A stretch of 48,325 bases of DNA from Dehalococcoidia bacterium. Lineage in GTDB: Bacteria > Chloroflexota > Dehalococcoidia > GIF9 > AB-539-J10. The notes beneath the pieces were generated by a model. It had not been told where the DNA came from and made no database searches. It was given only the letters and a program-made list of their open reading frames with translations. Position numbers and translations under genes: made by a program. Positions 9,704 to 19,800 of the stretch are shown here, one piece after another (position 1 is the stretch's first letter; each line of letters opens with the position of its first letter). The stretch lies in NCBI GenBank assembly GCA_021160725.1, contig JAGHCA010000043.1:1-48325 (forward strand). The letters run 5' to 3'.

Positions 9704-10765
9704 CTACTCTAATTCTTTTCTATCGAGAGAGCCTACTTCTGCCATCAAGGCATTCAGGAAGCCTTTTTCTTCCACTATGTTAACTACCTCTCCTTTCCTA
9801 AATATAGCACCTTTGCCCTTGCCACAGGCAATACCCACGTCGGCATCCTTAGCCTCGCCAGGGCCATTGACCACACAGCCCATAACTGCCACTTTGATAG
9901 GTTTGTTTATTTCTTTAAGGCGTTCACTCACTACCTCAGCTAGGGCAATGATATCAACTTCAGCCCGGCCACAGGAAGGGCAGCTTACCAGAATTGGACC
10001 TCGCTGGCGAAGTCCCAGGCTTTTAAGAATTTCATACGCTACGAATACTTCTTCACAGGGATGAGCGGTGAGGGAAACGCGTATGGTGTCGCCAATCCCT
10101 TGATAGAGAAGTATGCCGATTCCTATAGTGCTGCGTATGGCTCCTGTCCGGGGAAGCCCAGCTTCTGTGATGCCCAGATGTAGGGGATAGGGCATTTTAT
10201 CGGCAATCAGTTGATAAGCCTGAATGGTGGTAAGAACATCAAAGGCTTTAAGGGAGACCTTGATTAAATCAAAGTCCAGGCTTTCTATAAGCCTTATCTG
10301 CTCTAATGCCATGTTGACCATGCGCTCAGCCGTTGGAGCATCAGGCTGAAAATTGGCAGGTAAACTGCCAGCATTGACTCCGATACGGATAGGTACTTCT
10401 CTCTCTTTGGCAGCAGCTATCACCCTGGCAATCTGTTCTTTGTCTCCTATGTTGCCGGGATTGAGGCGCAGCCCATCAACACCAGCCTTCAGTGCATCCA
10501 GAGCCAAGCGGTAGTCGAAATGTATATCGGCGATAATAGGTAGCGAGACGCTTTTCTTTATAGTGGCTATGCTTTCAGCCGCTTCTCTGTTAGGGACTGC
10601 CACTCGAACAATTTCACAACCAGAGTCCTCCAATTCCTTAATCTGGTTTATGGTGGCAGGGATATCACGTGTATCGGTCTTGGTCATGGACTGCACCACG
10701 ATAGGAGCACCGCCACCAACAGTTGCTTTACCAATTTTTAAAGGTTTGGAGGTTCGTCTAATCAT
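9704..10765 (-). CDS. ispG: 4-hydroxy-3-methylbut-2-en-1-yl diphosphate synthase
   Basis: TKTDTRD, TEAG and CPSCGR ... GCVVNGPGE Fe-S motifs typical of GcpE. Confidence 0.92.
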   Translation of the reverse strand: MIRRTSKPLKIGKATVGGGAPIVVQSMTKTDTRDIPATINQIKELEDSGCEIVRVAVPNREAAESIATIKKSVSLPIIADIHFDYRLALDALKAGVDGLRLNPGNIGDKEQIARVIAAAKEREVPIRIGVNAGSLPANFQPDAPTAERMVNMALEQIRLIESLDFDLIKVSLKAFDVLTTIQAYQLIADKMPYPLHLGITEAGLPRTGAIRSTIGIGILLYQGIGDTIRVSLTAHPCEEVFVAYEILKSLGLRQRGPILVSCPSCGRAEVDIIALAEVVSERLKEINKPIKVAVMGCVVNGPGEAKDADVGIACGKGKGAIFRKGEVVNIVEEKGFLNALMAEVGSLDRKELE

Positions 10766-12066
10766 AATCCGAAACCCTTCGGTATGCGCCAGATGTCTAC
10801 AAAGGTTATTAGAATTACAAGTGCAATTAAGAAGGCAGTGCCGATAGTATATGCCAGATGCACAGTTCGAGGGGAAAGACGCTTTCCGCGTCTACACCCC
10901 TCAATGAACGCCACAAGCATCCCTCCTCCATCCAGAGGAGGGATGGGGAGGAAATTAAATATAGCTAGACCCAGGCTGATCATACTGGCCATAAATAGCA
11001 TGCTGCTGAAGCCAGAAGAACGCACTACCTCCACCGTTAACTGACCAGCACCTATCGGCCCTACCAGTGCCTTATCGGGAGATTCTATGATTTGAGGAAT
11101 AGCCTCTATTATGAGTACAGGCATATAAATAATGTACCTGGCTCCCTGATAGGCTGCCTTCCACACGGGAAGTCGCTCTTGTTCGATATGAGCCCCTTCC
11201 ACCCATTGTAGCTCTACACCGGGCAGGGTTTCGTAGCCGTTATTGGTCAGAGAAATTGAAACCGCCTCCCCGTCGCGAAGCAAAATCATATTTATTTTTT
11301 CACCTTTCGCAACAGGGCTCAAGACACTAGACATACTGTCTTCGTTGTATATAAGCTGGCCATTGATGCTGTGGATAGCATCACCGGGTCTGATGCCAGC
11401 TTTGTAAGCTGGTGAGCCTTCCTCTACTTGACTCACAATATTCCACCAAAGATAGACGCCGATTTTTAATTGCTGCGATTCTGGATCGAGTTCCGGCTTC
11501 AACGAGATTTCCTCTTCTTGCCCGTTACTCAGCAGATGTAAAGTTATGTCTTCCCCTTCTTCGGCTGAATTTAGTATATCCTGCACATCTCCCTGTGTAT
11601 GAACAGGTTGCCCCTCCACCTCCAAGATTATATCCCCAGGCTCAATACCAACTTCTTCTGCAGGAGAATTTTCTGCTACAGCACGCACCATGAGTCCATT
11701 GCTGGCGATAACAGATACAGGTAGCGCAATAAAAGCACAGAGGAGAACAAACGCCAGAAAGATATTGACCAGCGGACCGGCAGCATAGATTCCTAACCTG
11801 GTCCAGGGTCCTTTGCCAGCCAGGCTTCGAGGCACAGTAGGGTCATTTTCTCCAGCAACCTTAACAAAGGCTCCTATAGGTATGGCGTTAATTGAGTATA
11901 TTGTCTCACCACGTTTAATAGCAAAAAATCGTGGAGGAACACCTATGCCGAATTCTTCTACCTTGACTCCGGCACGCCTAGCAGTAATGAAATGCCCTAA
12001 TTCATGAAGACACATTGCCACGAATAGAGCTACTATAAAGAGAATAATAATTACAGCAATGTTCAT
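10762..12066 (-). CDS. rseP: RIP site-2 metalloprotease RseP (M50, two PDZ domains)
   Basis: HELGH motif in TM1, two PDZ-like repeats, C-terminal LPIPPLDGG motif. 4-nt overlap with ispG. Confidence 0.88.
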   Translation of the reverse strand: MNIAVIIILFIVALFVAMCLHELGHFITARRAGVKVEEFGIGVPPRFFAIKRGETIYSINAIPIGAFVKVAGENDPTVPRSLAGKGPWTRLGIYAAGPLVNIFLAFVLLCAFIALPVSVIASNGLMVRAVAENSPAEEVGIEPGDIILEVEGQPVHTQGDVQDILNSAEEGEDITLHLLSNGQEEEISLKPELDPESQQLKIGVYLWWNIVSQVEEGSPAYKAGIRPGDAIHSINGQLIYNEDSMSSVLSPVAKGEKINMILLRDGEAVSISLTNNGYETLPGVELQWVEGAHIEQERLPVWKAAYQGARYIIYMPVLIIEAIPQIIESPDKALVGPIGAGQLTVEVVRSSGFSSMLFMASMISLGLAIFNFLPIPPLDGGGMLVAFIEGCRRGKRLSPRTVHLAYTIGTAFLIALVILITFVDIWRIPKGFGL

Positions 12067-12069
12067 CTC

Positions 12070-13239
12070 TTATCTCTCTATCCCAGGATTGCTCCGCTGT
12101 TCAGGCTCCGGAAAGTAACCAGGGGAAAGGTGTGCGGCGTATTCTCTTGCCCAAGCATCAGCAGCCAGTATTTCCTCTAATGATGGTTGGGGGATATTCC
12201 GATGTTGCTCCAGCGTTTTTTGTACAATTTTGGCTATATCAGTAAAACTTATTCTGTGGCTGAGAAAAAGCTCTACAGCCACCTCATCCGCGGCGCAAAG
12301 CACCGCCGGGTAAGTTCCTCCTGATTTGCCAGCATCCATTGCCAGTTTGAGACAGGGAAATTTCTCATAGTCCACAGGTTCAAAGTTCAGTGACTGGATT
12401 TTCTCCCAATCAAGACGAGGGAGTTCTGAATTAGACCATCTACGGGGATAAGAAAGAGCATATTGAATAGGCAGCCGCATGTCAGGCCAGCCAAGCTGAG
12501 CTTTCAGAGAGCCATCTATAAACTCCACCATGGAATGAATGATAGACTGGGGATGAATTAATATTTCAATACTATCAAAGGGAAATGAGAAAAGCCAGTG
12601 AGCTTCGATAACCTCTAATCCCTTATTCATAAGGGTTGCTGAATCTATGGTTACCTTCCTTCCCATCTTCCATACAGGGTGTTGAAGGGCTTGCTCGGGA
12701 GTTACCTCGGTCAATTGTGATTGTGAATAATGATAAAAAGGTCCACCAGAGGCTGTTAAAAAAATCCTCTGAGGTTTACTTTCTTCCCCTTGCAAGCACT
12801 GCCAGATGGCACTGTGTTCACTATCAATAGGCAGGATTTGTGCTTGGTGGAGGCTGGCTTCACGAGTAATAATTTCACCAGCCATCACCAATACCTCCTT
12901 ACTGGCTAGAGCAACCGTCTTGCCTGCCTGTAAAGCCGCTAGAGTAGGTCTTAGTCCTGCCTTACCCGCAGTGGCTACGATAACGAAGTCGACCTCAGGG
13001 TGACTGGCAATTTCTTCTGCAGACAAAAATTTCCCGCCGTAGCTAATGTCAGGCTTAGCAGAGGAATAAAACATTCTGGGCCGAAATTCCTTGATTTGTC
13101 TTTTCAAAAGCTCAAGATTTTTATTCCCTGTCAGGGCTACTACTTTTAATTCGTCAGGCAGGGCACGGATTACATCCAGGGCTTGCCGTCCTATGGAGCC
13201 AGTCGAGCCCAGGACAGCTATCCTTTTCACACCACCCAT
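12070..13239 (-). CDS. dxr: 1-deoxy-D-xylulose 5-phosphate reductoisomerase
   Basis: KRIAVLGSTGSIG NADPH motif, LPIDSEHSAI, NKGLEVIEA. Start could instead be the ATG at 13254. Confidence 0.9.
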   Translation of the reverse strand: MGGVKRIAVLGSTGSIGRQALDVIRALPDELKVVALTGNKNLELLKRQIKEFRPRMFYSSAKPDISYGGKFLSAEEIASHPEVDFVIVATAGKAGLRPTLAALQAGKTVALASKEVLVMAGEIITREASLHQAQILPIDSEHSAIWQCLQGEESKPQRIFLTASGGPFYHYSQSQLTEVTPEQALQHPVWKMGRKVTIDSATLMNKGLEVIEAHWLFSFPFDSIEILIHPQSIIHSMVEFIDGSLKAQLGWPDMRLPIQYALSYPRRWSNSELPRLDWEKIQSLNFEPVDYEKFPCLKLAMDAGKSGGTYPAVLCAADEVAVELFLSHRISFTDIAKIVQKTLEQHRNIPQPSLEEILAADAWAREYAAHLSPGYFPEPEQRSNPGIER

Positions 13240-13420
13240 AGTACATATTATCATTCAATAAACGATGAATTACAACCTTTGGAACAGGTATTTGAAGGCA
13301 AACCTCACTTGGAACAATTGCTAGACAGGTTAGGGGGAAAATTTAGGCTATTAATAGTTTATATGAAGGATTAACATTAATTGCAGTAATGTAAAACTCA
13401 ACAAGATGTCATTTGCCAAG

Positions 13421-13880
13421 GCTGAGATACATGGGTAACACTTATAGTATGTTTATCCCGATATAATCGGGTTTGCCATGAGGAGTCATCAGTATGAGAA
13501 AGCCAGCCAGCTTCTACTCCGATGAAATCGGAGAAAGCCCATTGTCCCGACAAGTCTGGAGCAGACAGATAATGGAAGTGAGTTTTCCCGAGCGTTCGAA
13601 ACGGCTATCGCCAGGTTAGGTATTCAAAGGTACTTCTCCAGGGTCAAAACCCCAAAGGATAACCCGGAAATAGAGAGGTTCAATGAGACCTTAGAGTATG
13701 AATGGCTTTACAACTTCAATCTATCTTTAGACCCTGAAGAGTTCAATCCCCGGCTGACCGAACGGCTTATAGAATATAATTTCCACCGCCCGCACTAATC
13801 TCTTGCCTATTTTACTCCTGTAGTATATTGAAAAGAGACTTGCTAAAATCCGCAATCCAGTGTTACCTATGTATCTCAGC
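13421..13880. mobile_element. internally deleted IS remnant bounded by 22-bp terminal inverted repeats
   Basis: GCTGAGATACATGGGTAACACT (13421-13442) is the reverse complement, 21/22, of AGTGTTACCTATGTATCTCAGC (13859-13880). A transposase remnant lies between them. Confidence 0.7.
13526..13831 (+). pseudogene. DDE (rve integrase-core, IS481/IS3-like) transposase C-terminal remnant with in-frame stop
   Basis: Frame reads ...TDNGSEFSRAFETAIARLGIQRYFSRVKTPKDNPEIERFNETLEYEWLY...YNFHRPH*SLAYFTPVVY. It has the TDNGSEF and PxxNxxxER motifs but lacks the N-terminal two thirds. A TAA interrupts where HQSL is expected. Confidence 0.75.
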
Positions 13881-14171
13881 CACGCAGTTTGCTATTTTCT
13901 TTGATGTGTGCTAAAATACAAATAAGCTGGCGTTTGGAATTGGAAACCACGGCAGATCGCGCCTGTGAGTCCTGTAAGCTTGCGGCAGATCACAGGCCAT
14001 GCCTAGAACCTACCAAGTTTCGCCCACAATAGTTGACCGAGATTTACGTAATCAACTATATCAGGCCAACGACTATACTGAAGAGTCCATATGGCTAATA
14101 ACGCCATAAACTAACTTCATTATACGTAATACTACATAACGCTAAGTAAGGATAAGAAAGGAGAGCAGAGA

Positions 14172-14321
14172 ATGAAAAGAAGCAAAGAGGAATTCTTTGA
14201 AGACGCCAAGACAAGGGCAATAATTTACCTGCTAGGTATTGGAGGAGTTTATCAGTATGCCTCAGATTTGCCCAAAGAAAAAATCTTTAAGATTATCTCC
14301 CGTCATAGTAAATTAAGCTAA
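14172..14321 (+). CDS. possible small ORF (49 aa), unknown function
   Basis: ATG preceded by AAGGAGAG. Below the ORF-track size cutoff, no motif recognised, lies beside the IS remnant. Confidence 0.25.
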   Translation: MKRSKEEFFEDAKTRAIIYLLGIGGVYQYASDLPKEKIFKIISRHSKLS

Positions 14322-14468
14322 AAATAGAAGAAGGGGAACAGTGCAGGTAAAGACCAAAGTGGATTTACAACCATATGTGAAGATTTGGCATGATGTAGTG
14401 CCTTATTCACTAAAGCACGATTCAGATTATAAGTCATTGTTTGATAATACCCCATTGAATGATAACAA

Positions 14469-15311
14469 TTACAAGGCATTGATTGATAATACATAATAGT
14501 ATATCACTGCCCCGACAAATATGAGGCTATCGAAGCGGTCAAGAATGCCACCATGTCCCGGTAGCAAATTACCTGATTCTTTCACCCCCATATTACGCTT
14601 GAGCAATGATTCAACCAGGTCACCGAGCTGAGCAAAGAGGCTGACAAGAAAGCCGAGGAGTACAATTTGCCAATATTTAAAAACAAAAGGAGCCCCCAGC
14701 TTAAGAGAGATGAGGTTAAGGATCATTGCTGTTACAATCGCCCCCAGAATGGCACATGTTAAGCCTCCTATCGCTCCTTCCCAAGTTTTAGACGGACTTA
14801 TAGCGGGAGCCATTTTATGCCTGCCTCTAGCCCGGCCGATAAAAAAAGCACCTGTATCGTTGGCAAATGTAGTCAACATGGCTAAATAAACCCAATTTCG
14901 ACCATACTCTGAACCATCTCCTAAACCACGTAAATTCAGCCAGTAGCTGAGCATCCAACCTACATAGAGGACACCCGCTATTGTCCACGCCCAGTTGCGG
15001 AATGTCTTTTCTCTTGATGGACGGCATAATAGCCAAATCAGAGAAATCAACGTAGTGGCAGTAATAACCACAGGTAAAACATCAGGGCTCCTGTAAAGAT
15101 AATGAGGGCTTAAGACAAGTGCCAGCGCCCATAGTAAGCCCAAATAAAGCAAAGGCTCTCTCCTGTCAAAATTGGCCATCCGATAGAACTCGTATGTGCC
15201 GCCTAATGCTGCTGCAGCTATAAGAATAGTAAACCAGGGGATACCAAACCAGATGGCAAAAACAAGGAGGGGCACACCAACAGCGGCAGTGGTGACTCTT
15301 TGTTTGAGCAT
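14469..15311 (-). CDS. cdsA: phosphatidate cytidylyltransferase
   Basis: Multi-TM protein with the SxxKRxxxxKDxxxxxPGHGGxxDRxD signature (SLLKRNMGVKESGNLLPGHGGILDRFDS). Confidence 0.88.
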   Translation of the reverse strand: MLKQRVTTAAVGVPLLVFAIWFGIPWFTILIAAAALGGTYEFYRMANFDRREPLLYLGLLWALALVLSPHYLYRSPDVLPVVITATTLISLIWLLCRPSREKTFRNWAWTIAGVLYVGWMLSYWLNLRGLGDGSEYGRNWVYLAMLTTFANDTGAFFIGRARGRHKMAPAISPSKTWEGAIGGLTCAILGAIVTAMILNLISLKLGAPFVFKYWQIVLLGFLVSLFAQLGDLVESLLKRNMGVKESGNLLPGHGGILDRFDSLIFVGAVIYYYVLSINAL

Positions 15312-15669
15312 AGCTCTATTTTAACAGCTTTTGAGCCGCTGTAGGCTTGCTAATATCTAGTCTCGTAAATGCGTTTCATCAGGTGAGCATCATGTCAGAT
15401 ATGTTGTCCTGAACAGTAGCGACAGCTCTCTCAAGTCTTTGCTATCTCTCAAAATGGTAGCTCTCGTGAAAACTATGTGTGATATACATAGCCCATCTTT
15501 CAGCTTTCCTTAAGCCATAATAAATTCTGGAGAAATCTACAGTTCCTTCACAAAAAGGGATGCCTTGAGCTAAATACTACTATCAAGTCCGCTGGAGCAG
15601 TTCCACTGCTCCTTGTTGTATCTCTAACCAGTTATTGCGAGCCTTTTTCCCGGCTATCAATGAGGAGAA

Positions 15670-16227
15670 TTATATTTCCCGTATTTCTCTTTCCTTATTC
15701 TGCCCCAATTCACTCACCTTATCCACGCAAACCTCTGTAAGCTGGTCTATTTTCTTAGTATTATTTTTAAGTTCATCTTCCGATATTTCTTTGTTCTTCT
15801 CCATCGCTCGTAACTTCTCAATGCCGTCTCTTCTTATATTGCGTATAGCAATCCGCCGTTCTTCCACCCTCTTAGCCACTAGCTTGACCAATTCATTACG
15901 CCGTTCTTCACTGAGGGGTGGAACTACCACCCGAATTACATTGCCATCATTCATAGGATTAAGGCCGATGTTAGCTTTAAGAATGGCTCTTTCAATGTCG
16001 CGTAATGATGTACGGTCCCAGGGTTGAATAATAATTAAATTAGCCTCAGGTATGGACATGGTAGCAAGCTGATATAGCGGGACAGGAGAGCCATGATAGT
16101 CGACTACGATGTTGTCAAGCAGAGCTGTAGTAGCACGCCCAACCCGGATGGCAGCTAACTCTTTAACTAAACCATCTATGGCCTTCTGCATTCTGAGGTT
16201 CAGTTCAGTTAGTAATTCATCCAACAT
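15670..16227 (-). CDS. frr: ribosome recycling factor
   Basis: 185 aa with typical RRF sequence (IRVGRATTALLD, NPMNDGNVIRVVVPPLSEERR). Confidence 0.92.
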   Translation of the reverse strand: MLDELLTELNLRMQKAIDGLVKELAAIRVGRATTALLDNIVVDYHGSPVPLYQLATMSIPEANLIIIQPWDRTSLRDIERAILKANIGLNPMNDGNVIRVVVPPLSEERRNELVKLVAKRVEERRIAIRNIRRDGIEKLRAMEKNKEISEDELKNNTKKIDQLTEVCVDKVSELGQNKEREIREI

Positions 16228-16230
16228 GGC

Positions 16231-16740
16231 TTAGTGATCAACACCAAGCTCGAACCTGGCAAACCTGCGTACTTTTATATTCTCGCCTACTTTCGCAATT
16301 GTTTCGGTAATAATTTCGTTAACGGTTTTAGCAGGTTCCTTAATAAAAGGTTGACTGAGAAGGCAAACTGCTTGTGGGTCCATTTCTGCTTTTGGTGGCA
16401 TCTCTTCAATAGTGACGAATTGTGGGGAAGCAGCAGCCACCTGCATAGCCAGGTCGCGAGCAAGTTCTCTAAATTCAGCGGTTCGGGCTACAAAGTCGGT
16501 TTCACAATTCAACTCTACCAATGCTCCTATGCGCTTAGTATGATGGATATAAGCTTCGATTATGCCCTCAGTGGTAACCAAATTCTTCTTCTTTTCAGCG
16601 ATTGCTATCCCGCGCTGCTTCAAGAGTTCAATTGCCTTTTCTATATCACCATTTGCTTCCAACAAAACCTTATTGCAGTCCAATATGCCTGCATTAGTTC
16701 TATTTCTCAACTCCTTTACTGCTTGAACTGAGATTTTCAT
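16231..16740 (-). CDS. tsf: elongation factor Ts (short form, 169 aa)
   Basis: [40 protein letters not shown]-like N-terminus, and ETDFVART. Confidence 0.88.
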   Translation of the reverse strand: MKISVQAVKELRNRTNAGILDCNKVLLEANGDIEKAIELLKQRGIAIAEKKKNLVTTEGIIEAYIHHTKRIGALVELNCETDFVARTAEFRELARDLAMQVAAASPQFVTIEEMPPKAEMDPQAVCLLSQPFIKEPAKTVNEIITETIAKVGENIKVRRFARFELGVDH

Positions 16741-17609
16741 GTAGATGCAATTTCTCCTTCTGTTTGCTTTGGCTTCCCCGATTCATCTGGTTTCTTTGGC
16801 TCATCATGCTCTTTCTGTTCGTCCGGTTCCTCCGGCTCAAAGGTATAAGAGCCTAGAATCTCAACCGCTTCTTCACGCTCTTCTTCAGCAACCAATTTAG
16901 CAGCTCCTGCCTCTGCGGAAAACGCCTCAGCTTTACCTTCAATTACAGCATCAGCTATTTTGCTACAAATCAATTTAATCGCCTTAACAGCATCATCATT
17001 AGCAGGAATAGGATAGTCGATGCCATCGGGGTTACAATTGGTATCCACAATAGCAACTACGGGTATACCCAATTTTTTTGCTTCAGTAAAGGCAATCTTA
17101 TCTTTAATAGGATCAGCAATAAAGAGGGCTCCAGGAAGAGTAGTCATTTCCTTAAATCCCCCCATTTGAGTATTTAGGTGAAAAATTTCCTTTTCTATCT
17201 TCACACGTTCCTTTTTGGGTAAGAGGTCAAGTTCGCCTTTATCTCTTTTATTTTCTAAACGAACTAAGTGATCGATCCTAGCTTGTATAACAGCAAAGTT
17301 AGTTAACATGCCACCTAGCCATCTTTGATTAACATAACTCATACCACATCTTGTAGCCTCTTCTTCTATGGTTTGCTGCGCCTGCCTCTTGGTGCCGACG
17401 AAAAGAATGCTTTGCCCGCGAGCTGCTAAATCCTGGACAAAAGCGCAGGCTTTTCCTAACATGTCAACTGTCTGCTCCAAATCAATGATATGAATGCTAT
17501 TGCGCTGGGTAAAAATATATTTCTTTGCTTTGGGATGCCAGTAGCTTGTGTGATGCCCAAAGTGGGCACCAGCTTCTAGTAACTGTTTTAACAAAGTATT
17601 ATTTATCAT
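16737..17609 (-). CDS. rpsB: 30S ribosomal protein S2 with acidic/lysine-rich C-terminal extension
   Basis: [18 protein letters not shown] motif. ATGA overlap with tsf. Confidence 0.92.
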   Translation of the reverse strand: MINNTLLKQLLEAGAHFGHHTSYWHPKAKKYIFTQRNSIHIIDLEQTVDMLGKACAFVQDLAARGQSILFVGTKRQAQQTIEEEATRCGMSYVNQRWLGGMLTNFAVIQARIDHLVRLENKRDKGELDLLPKKERVKIEKEIFHLNTQMGGFKEMTTLPGALFIADPIKDKIAFTEAKKLGIPVVAIVDTNCNPDGIDYPIPANDDAVKAIKLICSKIADAVIEGKAEAFSAEAGAAKLVAEEEREEAVEILGSYTFEPEEPDEQKEHDEPKKPDESGKPKQTEGEIAST

Positions 17610-17782
17610 AACTATAATTTCAGATGATATTTATCAGCAAAATCGGTATAATGTAACATGATTGGTTTAGTTAATGCAACAGGGCAAGTATTCCAACTGT
17701 CCTGGATTAGTCATTGGTATTTAAAAATAATTCTGGCAAATATTTTGCTGCTCAGTTGATGATTTCAAGGGTTGTGTTTTAG

Positions 17783-17811
17783 TTGACATTGCATTTACTC
17801 TTATTTATACT
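17783..17811 (+). promoter_or_regulatory. candidate sigma-70 promoter for the tRNA-tuf cluster
   Basis: TTGACA (17783-17788), 17-nt spacer, TATACT (17806-17811), about 28 nt upstream of the first tRNA. Confidence 0.45.
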
Positions 17812-17838
17812 ATTGAGCCAAAATTTGAGGTGAAAGTT

Positions 17839-17911
17839 GCCCGAGTAGCACAATGGTAGAGCAACCGACTTGTAATCGGTAGGTTGGTGGGTTCGAATCC
17901 CCCCTCGGGCT
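17839..17911 (+). tRNA. tRNA-Thr (anticodon TGT)
   Basis: Acceptor GCCCGAG/CTCGGGC, anticodon stem ACCGA/TCGGT, loop CTTGTAA, T-loop TTCGAAT. My hand fold shows one apparent mismatch each in the D and T stems, so it needs tRNAscan-SE confirmation. Confidence 0.75.
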
Positions 17912-17947
17912 AGGTTTTCAGGATATTTTATGATAAGCTTATATCAA

Positions 17948-18032
17948 GGAGGGGTGCCGGAGTGGTTAATCGGAGCAGACTGTAAATCTGCCGCCTGTAC
18001 GGGCTACGTGGGTTCGAATCCTACCCCCTCCA
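17948..18032 (+). tRNA. tRNA-Tyr (anticodon GTA), class II long variable arm
   Basis: Acceptor GGAGGGG/CCCCTCC, anticodon loop CTGTAAA, long variable arm, T-loop TTCGAAT. Confidence 0.88.
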
Positions 18033-18048
18033 TTAAAAAGCGCAGGAG

Positions 18049-18121
18049 GCCCACATAGCTCAGCAGGTAGAGCACGTTCTTGGTAAGAACGGGGTCACCA
18101 GTTCGAATCTGGTTGTGGGCT
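18049..18121 (+). tRNA. tRNA-Thr (anticodon GGT)
   Basis: All stems pair (GCCCACA/TGTGGGC, GCTC/GAGC, CGTTC/GAACG, ACCAG/CTGGT). Anticodon loop TTGGTAA. Confidence 0.9.
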
Positions 18122-18142
18122 TTGAGATAAAAGGAGGTTAAA

Positions 18143-19345
18143 ATGGCTAAAAAAGTTTATGAGCGTGTTAAACCACATGTAAATGTGGGCACTATAGGGC
18201 ATGTCGACCATGGGAAGACCACGTTGACTGCAGCTATAACTCAGGTGTTATCTAAAGCGGGTCTTACGGACTTCCGTAGCTTTGATTCTATCGATAATGC
18301 TCCTGAAGAAAAAGCTCGTGGGCTAACGATAGCTATTTCTCATATCGAGTATGAGACTGAGAAGCGTCATTACTGTCACGTGGACTGTCCTGGACACGCT
18401 GACTACATCAAGAATATGATAACAGGAGCTGCTCAGATGGATGGGGCTATTTTAGTGGTCGCTGCTGATGACGGTCCTATGCCGCAAACCAGAGAACATA
18501 TCCTTCTGGCTCGGCAAGTAGAAGTTCCCCGCATAATAGTAGCCCTCAATAAAGCAGACCTGGTGGATGACCCCGAGTTATTAGACCTGGTGGAAATGGA
18601 AATCAGAGACTTATTGAAAAAATATGAATTTCCCGGCGACGAAGTACCAATTGTGAGATTAAGTGCTCTCAAAGCTCTGGAATGCGGCTGCGGTAAAAGA
18701 GATTGCTCTTGGTGTGGATCTATATGGAAATTGATGGATGCCATAGACGAGTATATTCCTCTACCACAGAGAGAGCGTGATAAACCCTTCCTGATGCCAA
18801 TAGAAGACGTGTTCAGCATAAAAGGGCGAGGCACGGTACCTACAGGCCGAGTGGAACGGGGAGTAATCAGAGCCGGCGACGAAGTGGAGATAGTGGGATT
18901 AAAGGAGACAAAGAAGACAGTAGCAGTTAGCTTGGAGATGTTCCATAAGACCATGGAGGAAGCGGAGGCTGGCGATGCTGTTGGAGTTCTGTTGAGGGGC
19001 CTAGATCGAGGTGAAGTAGAGCGAGGACAAGTACTAGCGAAACCTGGCACGGTCAAGCCTCACACTGAAGCCGAGGTTGAAGTATATATTTTGACCAAGG
19101 AGGAAGGGGGCAGGCACACACCTTTCTTTAATGGATATAAGCCGCAGTTCTATATTAGAACTCTGGACGTTACGGGCGAAATAATACTTCCCGAAGGCGT
19201 GGAGATGGCCATGCCTGGTGACAGTCTGGCTCACATGAAGATTAAAACCATCGTACCTGTGGCTATGGAGGAAGGCTTGCGCTTCGCCATCAGGGAAGGC
19301 GGCAGGACAGTCGGTGCTGGTGTCATTACTAAAGTTATATCGTGA
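18143..19345 (+). CDS. tuf: elongation factor Tu
   Basis: [14 protein letters not shown] and NKAD GTPase motifs, 400 aa, AGGAGG SD. Confidence 0.95.
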   Translation: MAKKVYERVKPHVNVGTIGHVDHGKTTLTAAITQVLSKAGLTDFRSFDSIDNAPEEKARGLTIAISHIEYETEKRHYCHVDCPGHADYIKNMITGAAQMDGAILVVAADDGPMPQTREHILLARQVEVPRIIVALNKADLVDDPELLDLVEMEIRDLLKKYEFPGDEVPIVRLSALKALECGCGKRDCSWCGSIWKLMDAIDEYIPLPQRERDKPFLMPIEDVFSIKGRGTVPTGRVERGVIRAGDEVEIVGLKETKKTVAVSLEMFHKTMEEAEAGDAVGVLLRGLDRGEVERGQVLAKPGTVKPHTEAEVEVYILTKEEGGRHTPFFNGYKPQFYIRTLDVTGEIILPEGVEMAMPGDSLAHMKIKTIVPVAMEEGLRFAIREGGRTVGAGVITKVIS

Positions 19346-19383
19346 GCACAGTTTACTAAAAATTTGCGGACACTTAGACGAAA

Positions 19384-19554
19384 GTGGCTAAGAAAAAGGG
19401 CGACCTACGTGTAATTATTCATCTGGCTTGTAAGCAATGCCTGCGGAGGACGTATACTACGGTTAAGAACAAGAAGAACGATCCGCAGCGGCTAGAGTTA
19501 AATAAATTCTGCCCTCATTGCCGTAGCTATGTTCTTCATCGAGAAACAAAGTAA
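19384..19554 (+). CDS. rpmG: 50S ribosomal protein L33 (GTG start, 56 aa, below the ORF-track cutoff)
   Basis: Manual translation gives [55 protein letters not shown]. This is a CxxC...CxxC L33 in the usual position between tuf and secE. Confidence 0.85.
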   Translation: MAKKKGDLRVIIHLACKQCLRRTYTTVKNKKNDPQRLELNKFCPHCRSYVLHRETK

Positions 19555-19557
19555 CTT

Positions 19558-19794
19558 ATGACAAGCCATACTAAGAAAGCTCCAGGGACTAAGTCTGCCC
19601 CAGCCAGAAAGTCGAGATTCAGTTTCTTTCGCGAGGTAGTAGCAGAACTGCGAAAAGCACACTGGCCAACGAGGCAGGAAGCTTTAAGGCTGAGTCTTCT
19701 AGTTCTCATTGTGTGTGCTGCCGTGGGAGCTATTTTGGGTGCTTTAGATTATGGCTTTTACAGATTGTTTACTGATTTAATTCTAGGTGGTTAG
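19558..19794 (+). CDS. secE: preprotein translocase subunit SecE
   Basis: Basic N-terminus, FFREVVAELRKAHWPTRQE motif, single C-terminal TM. Context rpmG-secE-nusG. Confidence 0.88.
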   Translation: MTSHTKKAPGTKSAPARKSRFSFFREVVAELRKAHWPTRQEALRLSLLVLIVCAAVGAILGALDYGFYRLFTDLILGG

Positions 19795-19800
19795 TAGTCA

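Noticed and set aside
16234-16731. 165-aa plus-strand ORF, and similarly the 207-aa minus-strand ORF at 18433-19056
   Set aside because: These are antisense shadow ORFs lying entirely within tsf and tuf. They are low-complexity, have no SD, and the opposite strand carries strongly conserved genes.
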